From Malacoraja senta (taxonomy: Eukaryota), in the NCBI GenBank assembly GCA_038087875.1, contig CM075980.1, positions 69,998,001-70,062,000 of the forward strand: DNA of 64,000 nt, read 5' to 3'. The notes under the pieces are model-generated. The model saw only the letters and a program-made list of their open reading frames with translations, had not been told where the DNA came from and made no database searches. Of this stretch, positions 1-12,577 are shown one piece after another (position 1 is the stretch's first letter; each line of letters begins with the position of its first letter). Made by a program: the position numbers and the translations under genes.

Positions 1-415
1 GGCTTATCCAGAATTCTACCACTGCCTGAAAAATAACCAAAGGCTCAACTTCCACTGCGAAAGAGAATTCCAAAGACTCATTGTTATACGAGAATGTTAT
101 CTAACAGTGTGTGACCCGTAGCGCTGTGGCCATAGCTTTATGTTTAAAGCCCATAGCGCTGCAGCCAATAGCGCTATATTTACAACCCATAGCACTGCAG
201 CCGACAGTTCTTTGTTTAAATTTCCACGCGTTAAACTGACAGCGCTCTGTTTAAACCCTTGAGCGCCAAACCGGCAGTGCTGCGTGTATTACTTTCACAC
301 CCCTTCGCGGGCCGGATGCGGAAATTTCCCGAAATTATTCAATTTCCCTAAAATTACCTGAAGACAACCAGAATTTCCCGAATTTCAGGTAATTTCCTCC
401 AAAGTGGAAACACTG
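1..415. mobile_element. Right end of a probable non-autonomous hAT-like DNA transposon with an internal ~35-bp minisatellite (about 116-290)
   Basis: Ends GGAAACACTG (reverse complement CAGTGTTTCC, a hAT-type terminus) exactly where a V-SINE resumes. Repeated subterminal AATTTCCC motifs and 4-5 diverged 'catagcgctgcagcc..tgtttaaa' units. The other end is outside the window. Confidence 0.5.
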
Positions 416-593
416 ATTAGCTTACAGGTCTGTACGTCTTTGAAGTGTGGGAGGAAACCAGAGCTTCCAGGGGGAAACCCACGCAGGTCATGGGGAGAAC
501 GTACAAACTCTGTATAGACAGCACTCGTAGTCAGGGTCAAACCCAGGTCTCTGGTGCTGTAAGGCAGCAACTCTACCGCTGCGCCACCGTGCT
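416..593 (-). mobile_element. HE1-like V-SINE, 5' part
   Basis: tRNA-like head plus V-domain (gagtttgtacgttctcccc...ggtttcctcccacac) on the minus strand. Confidence 0.85.
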
Positions 594-1005
594 GCTAACT
601 GTCTCCACAGTTTCCAGGAGAGAAACTGGTAGCAGTGACTTCCTAACTTTTAAAGATGTTTAAAAGATGTTTGAAATGTAGAAAGCAAAGTGAAGTTCTA
701 GGATGGATGGTTCAGCATTTGAAGGAGACCAGTCAGTTGATGTTTAAAAGCCTGAAGCTTGCGCGAGGGAGGTGTGAATGAGGCATTTGAGGATTTACAC
801 GGATGGTCCAAGAACAGAATGAGTAGAGGAACAATGGATGAAGAAAAGTAAGAGTGCTTACTCGAGTGGATGAGTACAAGGCAGAGAAACAAATTGACAA
901 CTAAAAATGTCAAATAAATCATTTAGTGAGAAATGTTTTTTACTTATTCAACTCAAAAGTGAGACAAGTGGTCCAGATATAGCAGAATGTGTCACATATT
1001 CACTT

Positions 1006-1140
1006 GGACAGTTACCGGGATAGGAAAGGTTTAACACGATATGGACCAAACATGGGCAAATGGGACTAGCTTAGATGGGGCATCTTGGTCGGCATGGTCG
1101 TGTTGGGCCGAAGGGCCTGTTTCCATGTTGTATGACTCTA
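1006..1140 (+). mobile_element. CR1/HER1-like LINE 3' tail
   Basis: gggccgaagggcctgtttccatgttgtatgactcta tail, shared with the SINEs. Confidence 0.7.
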
Positions 1141-1262
1141 AATGCTTAAGCATTCATTGCAACACTCTCACTTTCAATGCCTCCTGCCATTGCAGTGCAC
1201 ATATACCAGATTATTTATCTTGTGACAATTCCAGTCCTTGAGATTAAACATAACAATGAGTT

Positions 1263-1890
1263 ATTCAAGATTCAAGATTCAATTTAATTGTCACATGTAC
1301 CAACTAAGGTACAGTGACATTTGAGTTACCGTACAGCCATACTAAGTGAAAAAGCAAAAATACACACAGCACATAAAATAAAGTTTAACATAAACATCCA
1401 CCACAGTGGCTTGAAGCTCCGGGCCGGTCTCGAGGAAAGGCCGCACCACTCCACGTTGTAGGCGGCAGGGGGGGATGGAGATTCGACTCAGAGAACATCG
1501 CAACTCCGTCGCGGTGATTGAAAAAGGTTTCCTCCGGTACCCCCGCCCCCCCCCTGCATAAAACATACCAAGAGACATTAAAACAAACATTCAAGACATT
1601 GTGGCGGCTCCCAAGGGTCGTGCCATCATAGTGTCGAACCCCTCGGCACAGGAGTGGTTCAGTCCGGAGGCGGCCCTTAGCCGGAGGCTTTAAAGGCAGG
1701 GGTTTGGGTGCCATCTTCCTCTCGTTTGGTCTTCCCTAGAACTGGGAGGAACATAATAAAAAGTGCCTCTCAAAACACGACTTCGTGCTTCATTCCGAGA
1801 CCCACGCACTACAACATACAAAACAATAAAAACAGAGAAGGGACAAGACAGACTGCTGGCGAGGCTGCCATTATGGGTGCCACCCGGTGG
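1263..1890 (-). mobile_element. GC-rich non-coding retroposon with Rex1-type 3' tail
   Basis: Tail cactgtacc..ggtacatgtgacaattaaa plus (TTGAATC)n; body homologous to 25692-26542 and 38473-39355. Confidence 0.65.
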
Positions 1891-2151
1891 TGATCTCCTC
1901 TCCCAATCACCTTGGAAAGATTAAGATGTAAGGACATCATCTCTGTGTTGGACAAATAACCTAGATTCATTAGATGTATGTTATGGTGCTTCGAGCAAAT
2001 ATAACAACAATATTCTTGTATTGACTCCAATGACGTTTTGACGTTATTTTAAACCACACTCCCCCAAAGTGTTCAGTGATTAATTGGGGGCCTGCTCATC
2101 TATTTACTGGCACACACTGGGCATCCATCTATAGACATGTTGCTGGGCATT

Positions 2152-2460
2152 GTTTAGTTCAGTTTGGTTCAGATATACAGCATGGAAACAGGCCCTTTGG
2201 CCCACCACCTCCCCGCTGACCAACGATCCACGCACACTAACACTATCGTACACACACTAGGGACAATTTACAATTATACCAAGCCAATTAGCCTATAAAC
2301 CCGTACATCTTTGGAGTGTGGGAGGAAACCAGTGATCCCGGAGTAAACCCATGCTGGTCACGGGGAGAACGTACAAACTCGGTACAGACAATCACCCGTA
2401 GTCTGGATTGAACCCGGGTCTCTGGCGCTGTAAGGCAGCAACGCTACCGCTGTGCCACCA
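2152..2460 (-). mobile_element. HE1-like V-SINE, full length
   Basis: A/B boxes, V-domain, CR1-type tail with (CTAAA)n. Confidence 0.9.
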
Positions 2461-3293
2461 TTGCACTGCTCCAGAGTCTGCAGGTGCATATGCAGACTTA
2501 AAATTAATGTCAAATGCACAAGGACCAAAACTACACAATTCTTACTTACTACAGCTTTACAAGCACATTAAATGCAACAACAATAAATATTTCAAAAAAT
2601 TAACATATTCTAGGTAAACCAGACTAGTGCAAGCGGAAGTACATAGTGCAACCTTAGTTGTGCAAAGTCCATACTAATGCTGAGGTAGGACTATTGTTAC
2701 TGATGTGCTGGGCAATTCAGAAATATGATTGTTGAAGCAAAGAGGTTGTTCTTTACCCTGGAGGAAATGGTTCTCAGGCTCCTGTACCTTCTTCCCAATA
2801 GTAGCAGCAAGATGAATTTATCCCCATCTTGGGTTTAAATTTATACAGAAATAACTTGTTGTATTGCATTCATATCAGAGCAAATTGCTTCTGATAATGT
2901 TTCAACATGTTCAGCAGTCCCTTTAGTTTTCTGAATATACAAAATCTTCTATGTCCCAGAGATGACATCATCTTGTTTTTTTCTCTTCAGTTGTCTCCCT
3001 TCTTCCCCACAAGACATTGATTCTTGTGGAGTTACTAATGGAATCATCTTTATTGTCTCCTGGTGCATTTGTCAATCTGCCTGTGAACCTAATTAGCCAG
3101 AGTCGATAGGCAACGTGATCCCGGGCACCAGACGTGACATGCATTCCGACAATATTGGTATTGATTTATTATTGTCACGTGTACCAAGATATAGTGAAAA
3201 ACTTCCATGCTCTCTGGTCAAATCATGTCATATTTGAGAACATCAGATAGTGCAAAAGAGAAAATAATCAATGCAGAATATAGCCTTACAGCT

Positions 3294-3402
3294 AAACACA
3301 AAGTGCTGGAGAAGCTCAGTGGGTCAGGCAGCATCTGTGGAGGGAATGATTAGGTGACGATTCATGAAAAGTCGCCTATCATCCTGTCCATTTCCTCCTC
3401 AG
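3294..3402. mobile_element. Penelope-derived short fold-back element (degraded)
   Basis: cacaaagtgctggag..ctcagtgggtcaggcagcatctgtggag..taggtgacga followed by an inverted tcgccta. Confidence 0.55.
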
Positions 3403-3529
3403 ATTCATGTGCCGATGTCTCTTAAATCTCTTAAAATTTTGGAAGTTGTGATTGTCTTTGTCTTTGAGAAATTCCTAGGTAATGGGTAATGCTATGCAAA
3501 TATATATGTCTTCACTGTAGATGCCCTCG

Positions 3530-3915
3530 TGCAGTGGCAAGGCAGGTAGTGCTACTGCCAGTCACACAGCTCCACCAACTCACAATTTACCTATACCTCG
3601 CTTTTCTCTGTGCGGAGTTTGCATGTTCTTCTTATCTCTGCATGGTGCTCCAGTTCCCTCACACAGTCCAAAGACATTCAAATAATTTAGACACAAAATG
3701 CTGGGGTAACTCAACTGCTCAGGCAGCATCTCTGGAGAAAAAGAATAAGTGACGTTTCTTGAAGAAGGGTCTCGACCTGAAACATCACCTTTCTCCAGAG
3801 ATGCTGAATTATTCCAGCATTTTGTGTCTATCTTCAGTGCAAACCAGCATCTGTAGTTCCTTCCCACACATTCAAGTAAGTTAATTGGCTTCTGTAAATT
3901 ACCCCTAGTGTAGGT
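3530..3915 (+). mobile_element. Older V-SINE interrupted by a Penelope-derived element
   Basis: V-domain at about 3610-3675 resumes as ttaattggcttctgtaaattacccctagtg after 3876. Confidence 0.75.
3682..3867 (+). mobile_element. Penelope-derived fold-back element with degenerate hammerhead motif
   Basis: Inverted arm plus sense arm; tTGAAGAAGGGTCTCGACCtGAAACaTC at 3759-3786; TSD ACATTCAA at 3674-3681 and 3868-3875. Confidence 0.8.
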
Positions 3916-4207
3916 GGGGGAGGGCAAGAGAATTGGGGGGTGGGGAGTGTGGAATGGGGAGTAGTGGGAGGTATGTATGAGAATTGATTACAATGAAGTG
4001 GCAGAATAGGATTGATAGGATTATTTAGAGACAGCAGTTATTTGATGGGCTGAATGGTCTCCTATGTCATGAGAATGTTAAGAACCAGAATCCTACCCAC
4101 CATGTTGCAATCAACTCTCTTTCAGATATTAGAAATTGAAATGGGTGCTCTTTACTTTTTTAAAACAGATTAGAAAGATTATATTTAAAAAATAAGCAGA
4201 TGATATA

Positions 4208-4296
4208 GTCTCAAGAACAGTCTAGACCCAAAACATCACCCATTCCTTCTCTCCAGAGATGCTGCCTGAGTTATTCCAGCTTTTTGTGTCTATCTT
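4208..4296 (+). mobile_element. Penelope-derived solo terminal unit
   Basis: Degraded hammerhead plus ctccagagatgctgcctga..ccagctttttgtgtctatc; TSD CAGA(T/C)GATATA at 4197-4207 and 4297-4307. Confidence 0.75.
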
Positions 4297-5483
4297 CAGA
4301 CGATATAATAAGTGCAGCAGCCAGATTCAAGTTGACAAATTATTAGCAGGTAGGTGATTTATTGCCGAGTGATAGTAGGTAGCAATTAATATCTTCAGGC
4401 CAGAAATTAGTTTCAGCAATATTACCAGATGTTAATTTGTTCATTTTATATTTGTTTGTTATTTCAAGCAGGTGTTAATCTATTTATTGACTATTCAAAC
4501 AGCAGACTGATGGATATCATAAAAAAAAATGTGGAAGACACACATGCCCATATCTTAAAGCGGTAATTTACAAAAAGGTAAAGTCTACGATGTGGGGCTC
4601 ATGCTCTAGTTAAATGGAAGTGTGAGTTACTAATTAACCCCATTGCTCTGCTGTGCTCTTGGGACTAGAGTCTTGCAAAATGACACATGTGCCAAAATGA
4701 TTTGACATTGCCATTTAGCAATTGCCCTGGCTGTTGAATTTTTAATGTTTTAAATGTCAGTGTGAGCTGAGCAGAAAACAAATGGGCTGGCAATTTCCCA
4801 GGGAAGTAGAGGCGGTGGGAATTGGCAACTTGTGTTGAAATTTCCATTAGCTGACCCCACAATATAGGAGGTCATAGAGCCGTACGACATTGAAACTGGC
4901 CCTTCGGCCCACAATGTCCATTTTGCCCATTCACATTAATCCCGTTTGCTTTCATCAGGACCACATCCTTTTATGCCTTGTCTTTTTGAGTTTGTCTAAA
5001 TGCTCTTGTGCAATAATTTTATAAGATTCCACCACCTCTATCCTCATCGTTGAAAACATCAATGGGCACGGTGCCTTACAATGCTTTGTATGACAATGAT
5101 CGCAACTTTTACTGAAGCGTGAATGGCCCTTGGCTCGCTAGAAGCTCATCCGCCCTTTGACAGGTCTTGTTTTTGGTCCTGCTGGGGGTCCATAGCCCCC
5201 TCCTCTCACCTGGAAAACCAGGTGGGGAGACGGTTTAGTCGCCGACTATCTGACCACGAAGCAGGTAGCACGGGATTACATGGTACCCGTGGTGGGGGGG
5301 AACTCTAGCAGTACATTATAGATGTCATTGACTACCTGAGTGAAGAGGTAGATCAGAAGTTTGGAACATAACATATTTCTTTGTCAGAAAATTCAAGTCA
5401 CAAGTCGACTACCTATCCTACATATACAGCTAGCCTGATATATTTAAGAGCGTCCAATTGAGGATGTTGTCAATGGTTAATGT

Positions 5484-5686
5484 GAAGATAGACACAAAAA
5501 GCTGGAGTAACTCGGCGGCACAGGCAGCATTTCTGGAGGGAAGGAATGGGTGAAGTTTTGGGTTGAGACCATTCTTCTAACCTTTACCCATTCCTTCTCG
5601 CCAGAGATGCTGCATATCCCGCTGAGTTACTCCAGCTTTTTGTGTCTATCTTCGGTTTGAAACAGCATCTGCAGTTCCTTCCTACG
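5484..5686 (+). mobile_element. Penelope-derived fold-back element
   Basis: Inverted arms gaagatagacacaaaaagctggagtaactc / gagttactccagctttttgtgtctatcttc; perfect 13-bp TSD CAATGGTTAATGT at 5471-5483 and 5687-5699. Confidence 0.85.
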
Positions 5687-5775
5687 CAATGGTTAATGTA
5701 ATCTGTACTGACAGTTTTATACAGTTATGTAGGAGCTCTTTCATCCAAAGGATAATAAACATAGATTTTCTTTAA

Positions 5776-5965
5776 ACAGCAGATGCTGGAAATCTGAAAT
5801 AAAAACAGAAAATGGTGGAAACACTCAGCAGGTCTGGAAACATCTGTGGAAAGAGAAACATGTTTTTTTTTCCAGGTCCTTTCAGTAGAAAGAGAAAAAT
5901 AAGGGTCCTGACCTGAAACGTTGCCTATCCATGTCATCCAGAGATACTGCCTGACCTGCTGAATT
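5776..5965. mobile_element. Older Penelope-derived fold-back element
   Basis: cagatgctggaaatctg..ctcagcagg arm, then agggtcctgacctgaaacgttgcc..cctgacctgctga. Confidence 0.6.
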
Positions 5966-6065
5966 ACAAAGAGAGAAACAAGTTAATCTAGGAAGCAAAG
6001 AAGGTGAGTCAATACATGTTTAATTGTCATATGTACTGACAAATCCAACAATGAAGTTCTTCAAC

Positions 6066-6146
6066 GATAGACACTAACTCAGCAGGTCAGGCAACATCTC
6101 TGGAGAAAAGGATTAGATGACGTTTCAGGCCGAGACCCTTCTTGAG
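6066..6146 (-). mobile_element. Penelope-derived terminal unit
   Basis: gacgtttcaggccgagacccttctt is the antisense hammerhead motif. Confidence 0.7.
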
Positions 6147-6159
6147 TTGAATGCAACAT

Positions 6160-7127
6160 CTCCAAGTTGCGGATGACACAAAGCTGGGGGGCAGTGTTAG
6201 CTGTGAGGAGGGTGCTAGGAGGCTGCAAGATTACTTGGATAGGCTGGGTGAGTGGGCAAATGCATGGCAGATGCAGTATAATGTGGATAAATGTGAGGTT
6301 ATCCACTTTGGTGGCAAAAACAGGAAAGTTGACTATTACCTGAATGGTGTCCGATTAGGAAAAGGGGAGATGCAACGAGACCTGGGTGTCATCATCGCTA
6401 CAAACAACAACAACCCAGTCATTGAAAGTAGGCATGCAGGTGCAGCAGGCAGTGAAGAAAGCAAATGGTATGTTAGCATTCATAGCAAAAGGATTTGAAT
6501 ATAGGAGCAGGGAGGTTCTACTGCAGTTGTACAGGATCTTGGTGAGACCACACCTGGAGTATTGCGTACAGTTTTGGTCTCCTAATCTGAGGAAGGACAT
6601 TCTTGCCATAGAGGGAGTACAGAGAAGGTTCTCCAGACTGATTCCTGGATGTCAGGACTTTCATATGAAGAAAGACTGGATAGACTCGGCTTGTACTCGC
6701 TAGAATTTAGAAGATTGAGGGGGGATCTTATAGAAACGTACACAATTCTTAAGGGGTTGGCAGGCTAGATGCAGGAAGATTGTTCCCGATGTTGGGGAAG
6801 TCCAGAACAAGGGGTCACAGTTTAAGGATAAAAGGGAAATCTTTTAGGACTGAGATGAGAAAACATTTTTTACACAGAGAGTGGTGAATCTCTGGAATTC
6901 TCTGCCACAGAATGTAGTTGAGGCCAGTTCATTGGCTATATTTAAGAGTGAGTTAGATGTGGCCCTTGTGGCTAAAGGGATCAGAGGATATGGAGATAAG
7001 GTAGGTACACGATACTGAGTTGGATGATCAGCCATGATCATATTGAATAATATGGCGGTGCAGGCTCGAAGGGCCGAATGGCCTACTCCTGCACCTATTT
7101 TCTATGTTTCTATGTTTCTATGTTTCT
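6160..7127 (+). mobile_element. CR1 (HER1-like) LINE, 5'-truncated, frameshifted RT C-terminus plus 3'UTR
   Basis: ADDTKLGG, WQMQYNVDKCEVIHFG, LVRPHLEYCVQFWSP; (TTTCTATG)n tail. Confidence 0.95.
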
Positions 7128-7381
7128 GACTTCAGAATGAAATTCTTCATTCAATGAAATTCTTGATCTTCAGGTGGTGGGTGGAACAAAGGATGTTTCC
7201 CTGATTAGGTGAAATAATAGGGCAATTAAGATAAAATGTAACTACTGTGTGTTCTGTGTTGCTCATGTTGCACAGTGCCTGTGATGTAGTAATGTCTGAC
7301 CACACAGAACAGAAGGGAAAGTTTGCCCGGGAAAATGGCCGGGTTCTCATACAAACAGAAAGAGATTCTGAGTTTTCTGAA

Positions 7382-7583
7382 AAATGACACAAAGTGCTGG
7401 AGTAACTCAACGGGTCAGGCAGCATCTCTGGAAAACATGGATAGATGATGTTTCGAGTCAGGACTCTTCTTCAGTCACCTATCCATGTGCTCCAGAGATG
7501 TTGCATGACCTGCAGTGTTGCTCCAACAGTTTGTGTCCTTTTTTGTCAACCAGCATCTGCAGTTCATTGTTTTTACATCCTGC
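7382..7583 (+). mobile_element. Penelope-derived fold-back element
   Basis: Arms invert at ..tttcgagtcaggactcttcttcag|tcacctatcc..; TSD GTTTTCTGAA at 7372-7381 and 7584-7593. Confidence 0.8.
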
Positions 7584-7741
7584 GTTTTCTGAAGTTGGAT
7601 CTCGAGTCCTGAAGGTTGTAATGTGCTCAGACTGAAGATGAGACATTGTTCCTCCAGAATGTGTTGGGCTACATGTGCAGGAGGTCACACACACACACAC
7701 AGGTCAGAGTAGGAGTGGATGGTGAATTAAAGTGATGAAGC

Positions 7742-8280
7742 AGTTTACTTCAGTTTATTGTCACGTGTACAGTGAAAAGCTTTTTGTTGTGTGCTATTCA
7801 GTCAGCGGAAAGACTATATATGATTACAATCAAGGTGACCACAGGGTACAGATACAGGGTAAAAATAATAACATTTAGTGCAGGATAAAGTCTAGTAAAG
7901 TCCAAGTAAAGATAGTCCGAGGTAGATGGTTGGCAAGGACTGCTTTCTGGTTGGTGATAGGATGGTTTAGTTGCCTGATAACAGCTGGGGAAAAACTTCT
8001 CCTGAATTTGGAGGTGTGCGTTTACACACTCTGTACCTCTTGCTTGATGGGAGAGGGGAGAAGAAGGAGTGGCCAGGGTGAGACTCATTCTTGATTATGC
8101 TGGTGGCTTTGCCAAGGCAGCGTGAAGTGTAGATCGAGTCAATAGAGAGCAGGTTGGTTTACGTGATAGTCTGGGCTGCATCCACAGTTCTCTGCAATTT
8201 CTTGCAGTCTTGGATCACATTGCTGTGATGCATCCTGATAAAATGCTTTCAATGGCACATCTGTACAAGTTGGTGAGACT
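7742..8280 (-). mobile_element. Rex1/Babar-type LINE 3' fragment
   Basis: Degraded C-terminal ..SFSPAVIRQLN segment; tail aaaagcttttcactgtacacgtgacaataaa. Confidence 0.75.
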
Positions 8281-8334
8281 GAAGCAGATTGCATATGAAC
8301 ACTGTGTGTGTACTTTTACTCATGTAGGTCGGAT

Positions 8335-8510
8335 CATAAGTTCATCAGTTCATAAGTGGTAGGAGTAGAATTAGGCCATTTGGCCCATCAAGTCTACTCT
8401 GCCATTCAATCATGGCTGATAGGTCTCTCCCTCCTAACCCCATTCTCCTGCCTTCTTCCCATAACCCCTGACACCCAGTACCAATCAAGAATCTATCTAT
8501 CTCTGTCTTA
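8335..8510 (-). mobile_element. CR1 3'UTR fragment
   Basis: aggagtagaattaggccatt..gccattcaatcatggctgat. Confidence 0.85.
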
Positions 8511-9569
8511 AACTGGTGCTCTTCAAGAAGGTGGCTCCTGGTTAGAAACCTTGAAGGGCAACGTGGAATGTATAAAAACTGCTGGATTTGCCAGCAATGT
8601 CCACATTCCAGGAATGAATACTGAAAATGTTCCTTGCATTGTTTATTGCATTATCCTGGAGAATTCTATCAGACTGAGGCAAGCTTCAAGCATTACCCCT
8701 GGAGCATGTGCCGATGCTTACAATTCTCTGACGGCATTAATTGGTGCCCAAAATCCAGCTTGCACTGAGAGCTCACGTCTGTCTGCCCTGCAGATCAGAG
8801 CAACTAAATTGATTTCATTGCATGGTCAATAACATGAAAGAAAATGTGTGAAGCCCACTGTTCTGATCTTTAATGAGTCCATCGTGTACCTAACATTTGA
8901 ATTAATTTTACGGATAATTTCAAAATTACAACTGCCATTTGACTTGGTTCCTTCCCGTGATTGTTTGCCTTAATGCATGGGTGTTTCATTTTCTGCTTTG
9001 ATCATTGCTATCAATAACTGTTGCCAGCAGATAACAGGCATTATTTGAACTATGAATAACAAAGATTGCAAGGATTTGTGAAGCCTAGCATGCATATGAA
9101 CCAGAATTTAAAATTCAAACACTGTATTTGAGAAGCTAGAAGTTTTGGCTTCAGAAACGGATTATCTACCAAGTAGGAGTTTTTTTTTTTTAACAACAGG
9201 ACTTGGTTGATAATTTATAACTTTTTACTTTATCTTATAATGTTGGCCTCTAATGATTGGGAAGTCTCTTTATGGTATTATTCAAAATAAGCCTTTCACT
9301 CATTTTAGGTCCACTGGTGAGGAAATTGAGTTAACGTCATGCATGCTGTTTGATTTATCTCTAATCCATTAGTAGCAAAAGAGAAATTTTATTAGGACTC
9401 GTGATACTGGGAATACTCATTACCAGAAAGAGAGCAAATCAACTTGCATTAATGTAGTGCCTTGTCATCATTTTACAAAAAACGTTTGTGGAAAGTGTGA
9501 AATTGTTCCTCTTAGTAAGAAAAAAAAAGAAACATATTATCTAAGTGGTGAATGATTGCAGTTTTGAGA

Positions 9570-9872
9570 TTAGTTTAGTTTAGAGATACAGCACGTAAAC
9601 AGGCCCTTCGACCCACCGAGTCCCCGTCGACCGACGGTCCCCGCACACTTACACTATCCTACATACACTAGGGTCAATTTACAATGATACCAAGCCAATT
9701 AACCTACAAACCTGTATGTATTTGGAGTGTGGGAGGAAATCGGAGTACCCGGAAAATACCCGGTCACAGGGAGAACGTGCAAACTCCGTACAGATGAGCA
9801 TCTGTAGTCAGGATCAAACCCGGGTCTCTGGCTCTGTAAGACAGCAACTCTATTGCCGCGCCACCGTGCAGC
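9570..9872 (-). mobile_element. HE1-like V-SINE
   Basis: Head, V-domain, (CTAAA)n tail. Confidence 0.9.
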
Positions 9873-10104
9873 CCTAGATGTGGGTGAACCAGTTCAAGAT
9901 TCACAAAAGGATAGCATGCACGTACAGCAAAGATAAGAAATGTTATTGTTATTGTTAGGGGAAATGTACTTACAAATGTAGAAAGGTTGTATTCAGCTGT
10001 ATATGGCACAAGATCACACCTATCGTATAGGTCTCTTGGTCTCTTTATTTAAGGGAGGAGGTTGGTACATTGGAGAGGGGATAGAGGTTTTGTAAACTTA
10101 ATAC

Positions 10105-10450
10105 CTGGAAAGGCTAAATTGTTTGATGAATATCCAGCTCATTGGATGTAGGCAGCAAATCTCCCCCCCCGCCCCCCTCACCTTACACCTCTGTCCACTG
10201 GTTTTCGATTCCCCTATACTGAGTAAAAGACTCCATTCATTTACCCTATCTATTCTTCTCATAATCTGGTACGTCTCCATAAGATCACCCCTCATCCTCC
10301 TGTGGTCCAATGAATAAAGCCCTAGCCTGCTCAACCACTCCCTATAGATCTGGCCCTCGCGTCCTGGCAACATCCTTGTAAATCTTCTTAGCACCCTTTA
10401 TAACTTAACAAAATCTTTCCTCTCACAGGGTAACCAAAACTGAGCACAAT
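10105..10450 (-). mobile_element. CR1 ORF2 C-terminal fragment
   Basis: RRFTRMLPG..LGLYSL..RRMRGDL in ORF 10098-10394. Confidence 0.85.
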
Positions 10451-10547
10451 AGGTCAGCCTCCTCCATCTGTAGCGCCTTCATTGTAGAGTGGTCTTACTA
10501 TTAAGACAAATCCTACTGGATATTAACGGCCATAATTGCAGCATAGA

Positions 10548-11010
10548 GATGCAAGAGATTGCAGAAGCTGGAATCTTAAGCAGAAAGCAAACTGCTGGTT
10601 GACTCACCGATCAGGCAGCATCTGTAGAGAGAAATGGACAGGCAACCTTTGTGGTCGGGACCCTTCTTCAGACAGTTTTCCCTTTCCCATTGATTGAAAA
10701 CTAAGTTTAGCACTCCTACACTCCCTCCTTCCCCCAGCCCCCTCACATTCTCCTAGTCTGTGAACAATACTGTTTGTATTAGTGGTTATCACATTTCCCA
10801 CAGCCAACAATGGACCATTGTGCGCTCCACCCTTCCTTGATTATTGTTGCTAGCTTTGATCTGCCTTTCTGTGTATCTTTTCTTAATTTGTTCTACGCAC
10901 CTATATGTATCTCTCGGTTCCCTCTGAAGAAGGGTCTCGACCCGAAATATCATCTATTCTTTTTCTCCAGAGATGCTGCCTGACCTCTGTTACTCCAGCA
11001 TTTTGTGTCT
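10548..11010. mobile_element. Penelope-derived long fold-back (antisense arm 10548-10672, sense arm to 11010)
   Basis: gggacccttcttcagac antisense; CTGAAGAAGGGTCTCGACCCGAAATATC sense at about 10924-10951. Confidence 0.75.
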
Positions 11011-11536
11011 GTTTTCTGTGAATGTCAAATCTGTTTTCCTTCTCCTTCGTAGTATCTGTGTCAATTTTAACACGTGCAGATAAGATTTTGAATTGCATTC
11101 CAGGTGCTATATAGTTATATCGTGGTGCCATTTGGCTCCAGTTTCAATGGAATGGCACATTCAGTTTGGCTGCAGTTTAGTGGGAAAAGTACATGCTGCA
11201 AAACTTCTGCACTAAGTTTTTGTTGTTGAAATAAACTGGCAGCATATTGACAAAGAATGACAAGTCCTTCAGACACACAATGGCGTTTTCAATTTTAGCC
11301 TTACATCGCTGAAGCACGCTTTGTGAAGCAGATCTTTTCAACTCAATATGTTTTGACTATGGTGTTTATATTAATATTTGTGCTGTGAATATTGTGGCGT
11401 GGGTGGTTAAAGGAAAGACAGGGAAAACCTCAGTTAATACATGCTCGTACCTCCATTCCCTATTCTTTTTATATCTTGTGTGCAAACAGAATCTTTGGTC
11501 AAGAGTCAAATATCAAGTGTCCAGAGTGTTTAATTG

Positions 11537-11640
11537 TAACTCAATGGAACAGGCAGCATCTCTGGATAGAAGGAATGGGTGGTGTTTCGGGTCGAGACCC
11601 TTCTTCAGAATGAGAGTCAGGGGAGAGGGGGACACAGAGA
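11537..11640 (-). mobile_element. Penelope-derived terminal unit with hammerhead motif
   Basis: gtttcgggtcgagacccttcttcag. Confidence 0.75.
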
Positions 11641-11920
11641 ATAGTGGTTTTCATAGAGATTAGTGGTACCTAAAGATTACTGGTTTGAATTTATACTGTT
11701 CTGAAACGATAAATGGGTCATTGTTTTTGCCTGGTCCATTCTTGGGTAAGTTTGGGCTCTGCATAATGTGAATCATTGCTCCCCAGTCACTGACAAGCAT
11801 CTCGTGTACACATTACTGGAGTGACACCACAGAGTTACTGTCTCACACCTCCTGTAATCCGAGTTCTGTCCTGGCATTTTGTTCTCCCTATGACCGGGTG
11901 GATTTCCTCCGGGTTCTCCG

Positions 11921-12245
11921 GGATGCACAGAATCTCTTGCCCAGAGTAGGGGAATCGAGGACCAGAGGACATAGGTTCAAGGTGAAGGGGAAAAGATTTA
12001 ATATGAATCTGAGGGGTAACTTTTTTCACACAAAGGGTGGTGGGTGTATGGAACAAGCTGCCAGAGAAGGTAGTTGAGGCTGGGACTATCCCAAGATTTA
12101 AGAAACAGTTAGACAGGTACATGGATCGGACAGGTTTGCAGGGATATGGACCAAGCGCAGGCAGGAGGGACTAGTGTAGCTGGGACACGTTGGCCGGTGT
12201 GGGCAAGTTGGCCTGTTTCCACACTGTATCACTCTATGACTCTAT
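11921..12245 (+). mobile_element. CR1 3' fragment nested in a degraded V-SINE (about 11830-12412)
   Basis: gggtggtgggtgtatggaacaagctgccagag; V-domain split on both sides. Confidence 0.8.
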
Positions 12246-12577
12246 AACTCCTCTCACATTCCATACACTTGTGTGTTGGAAGACGGCTGGAAATTTTCCC
12301 CCAGTGCACAGACGAGTGGTAGAATCTGAGGACTGAGGCGGAAAGTGGAATAAGTGTAGAATAGTTATTTGATGGCCAATGTGGACTCGGTGGGCCAAAG
12401 GGCCAGTTCATGTGTTGATCGAGAACTGGTTGTATAAATGTAACTAGTTTGAATTAATAAAAAGCCAAACCCATCACATTTCAAAGTCACATTTACATTG
12501 CACCACCCATAGTAGTAAGTCCCTTTGATATGGAAATAAAATGTGGTTTCAACAAAATGTATAATAAAATAAAAGCA

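Noticed and set aside
116-290. Regularly spaced ~35-bp repeats, superficially CRISPR-like
   Set aside because: Eukaryotic context, degenerate tandem units without unique spacers, no cas genes; a minisatellite inside a DNA transposon
9309-9316. Possible 8-nt microexon (ttttag|GTCCACTG|gtgagg)
   Set aside because: Frame-shifting length, and such matches are common by chance
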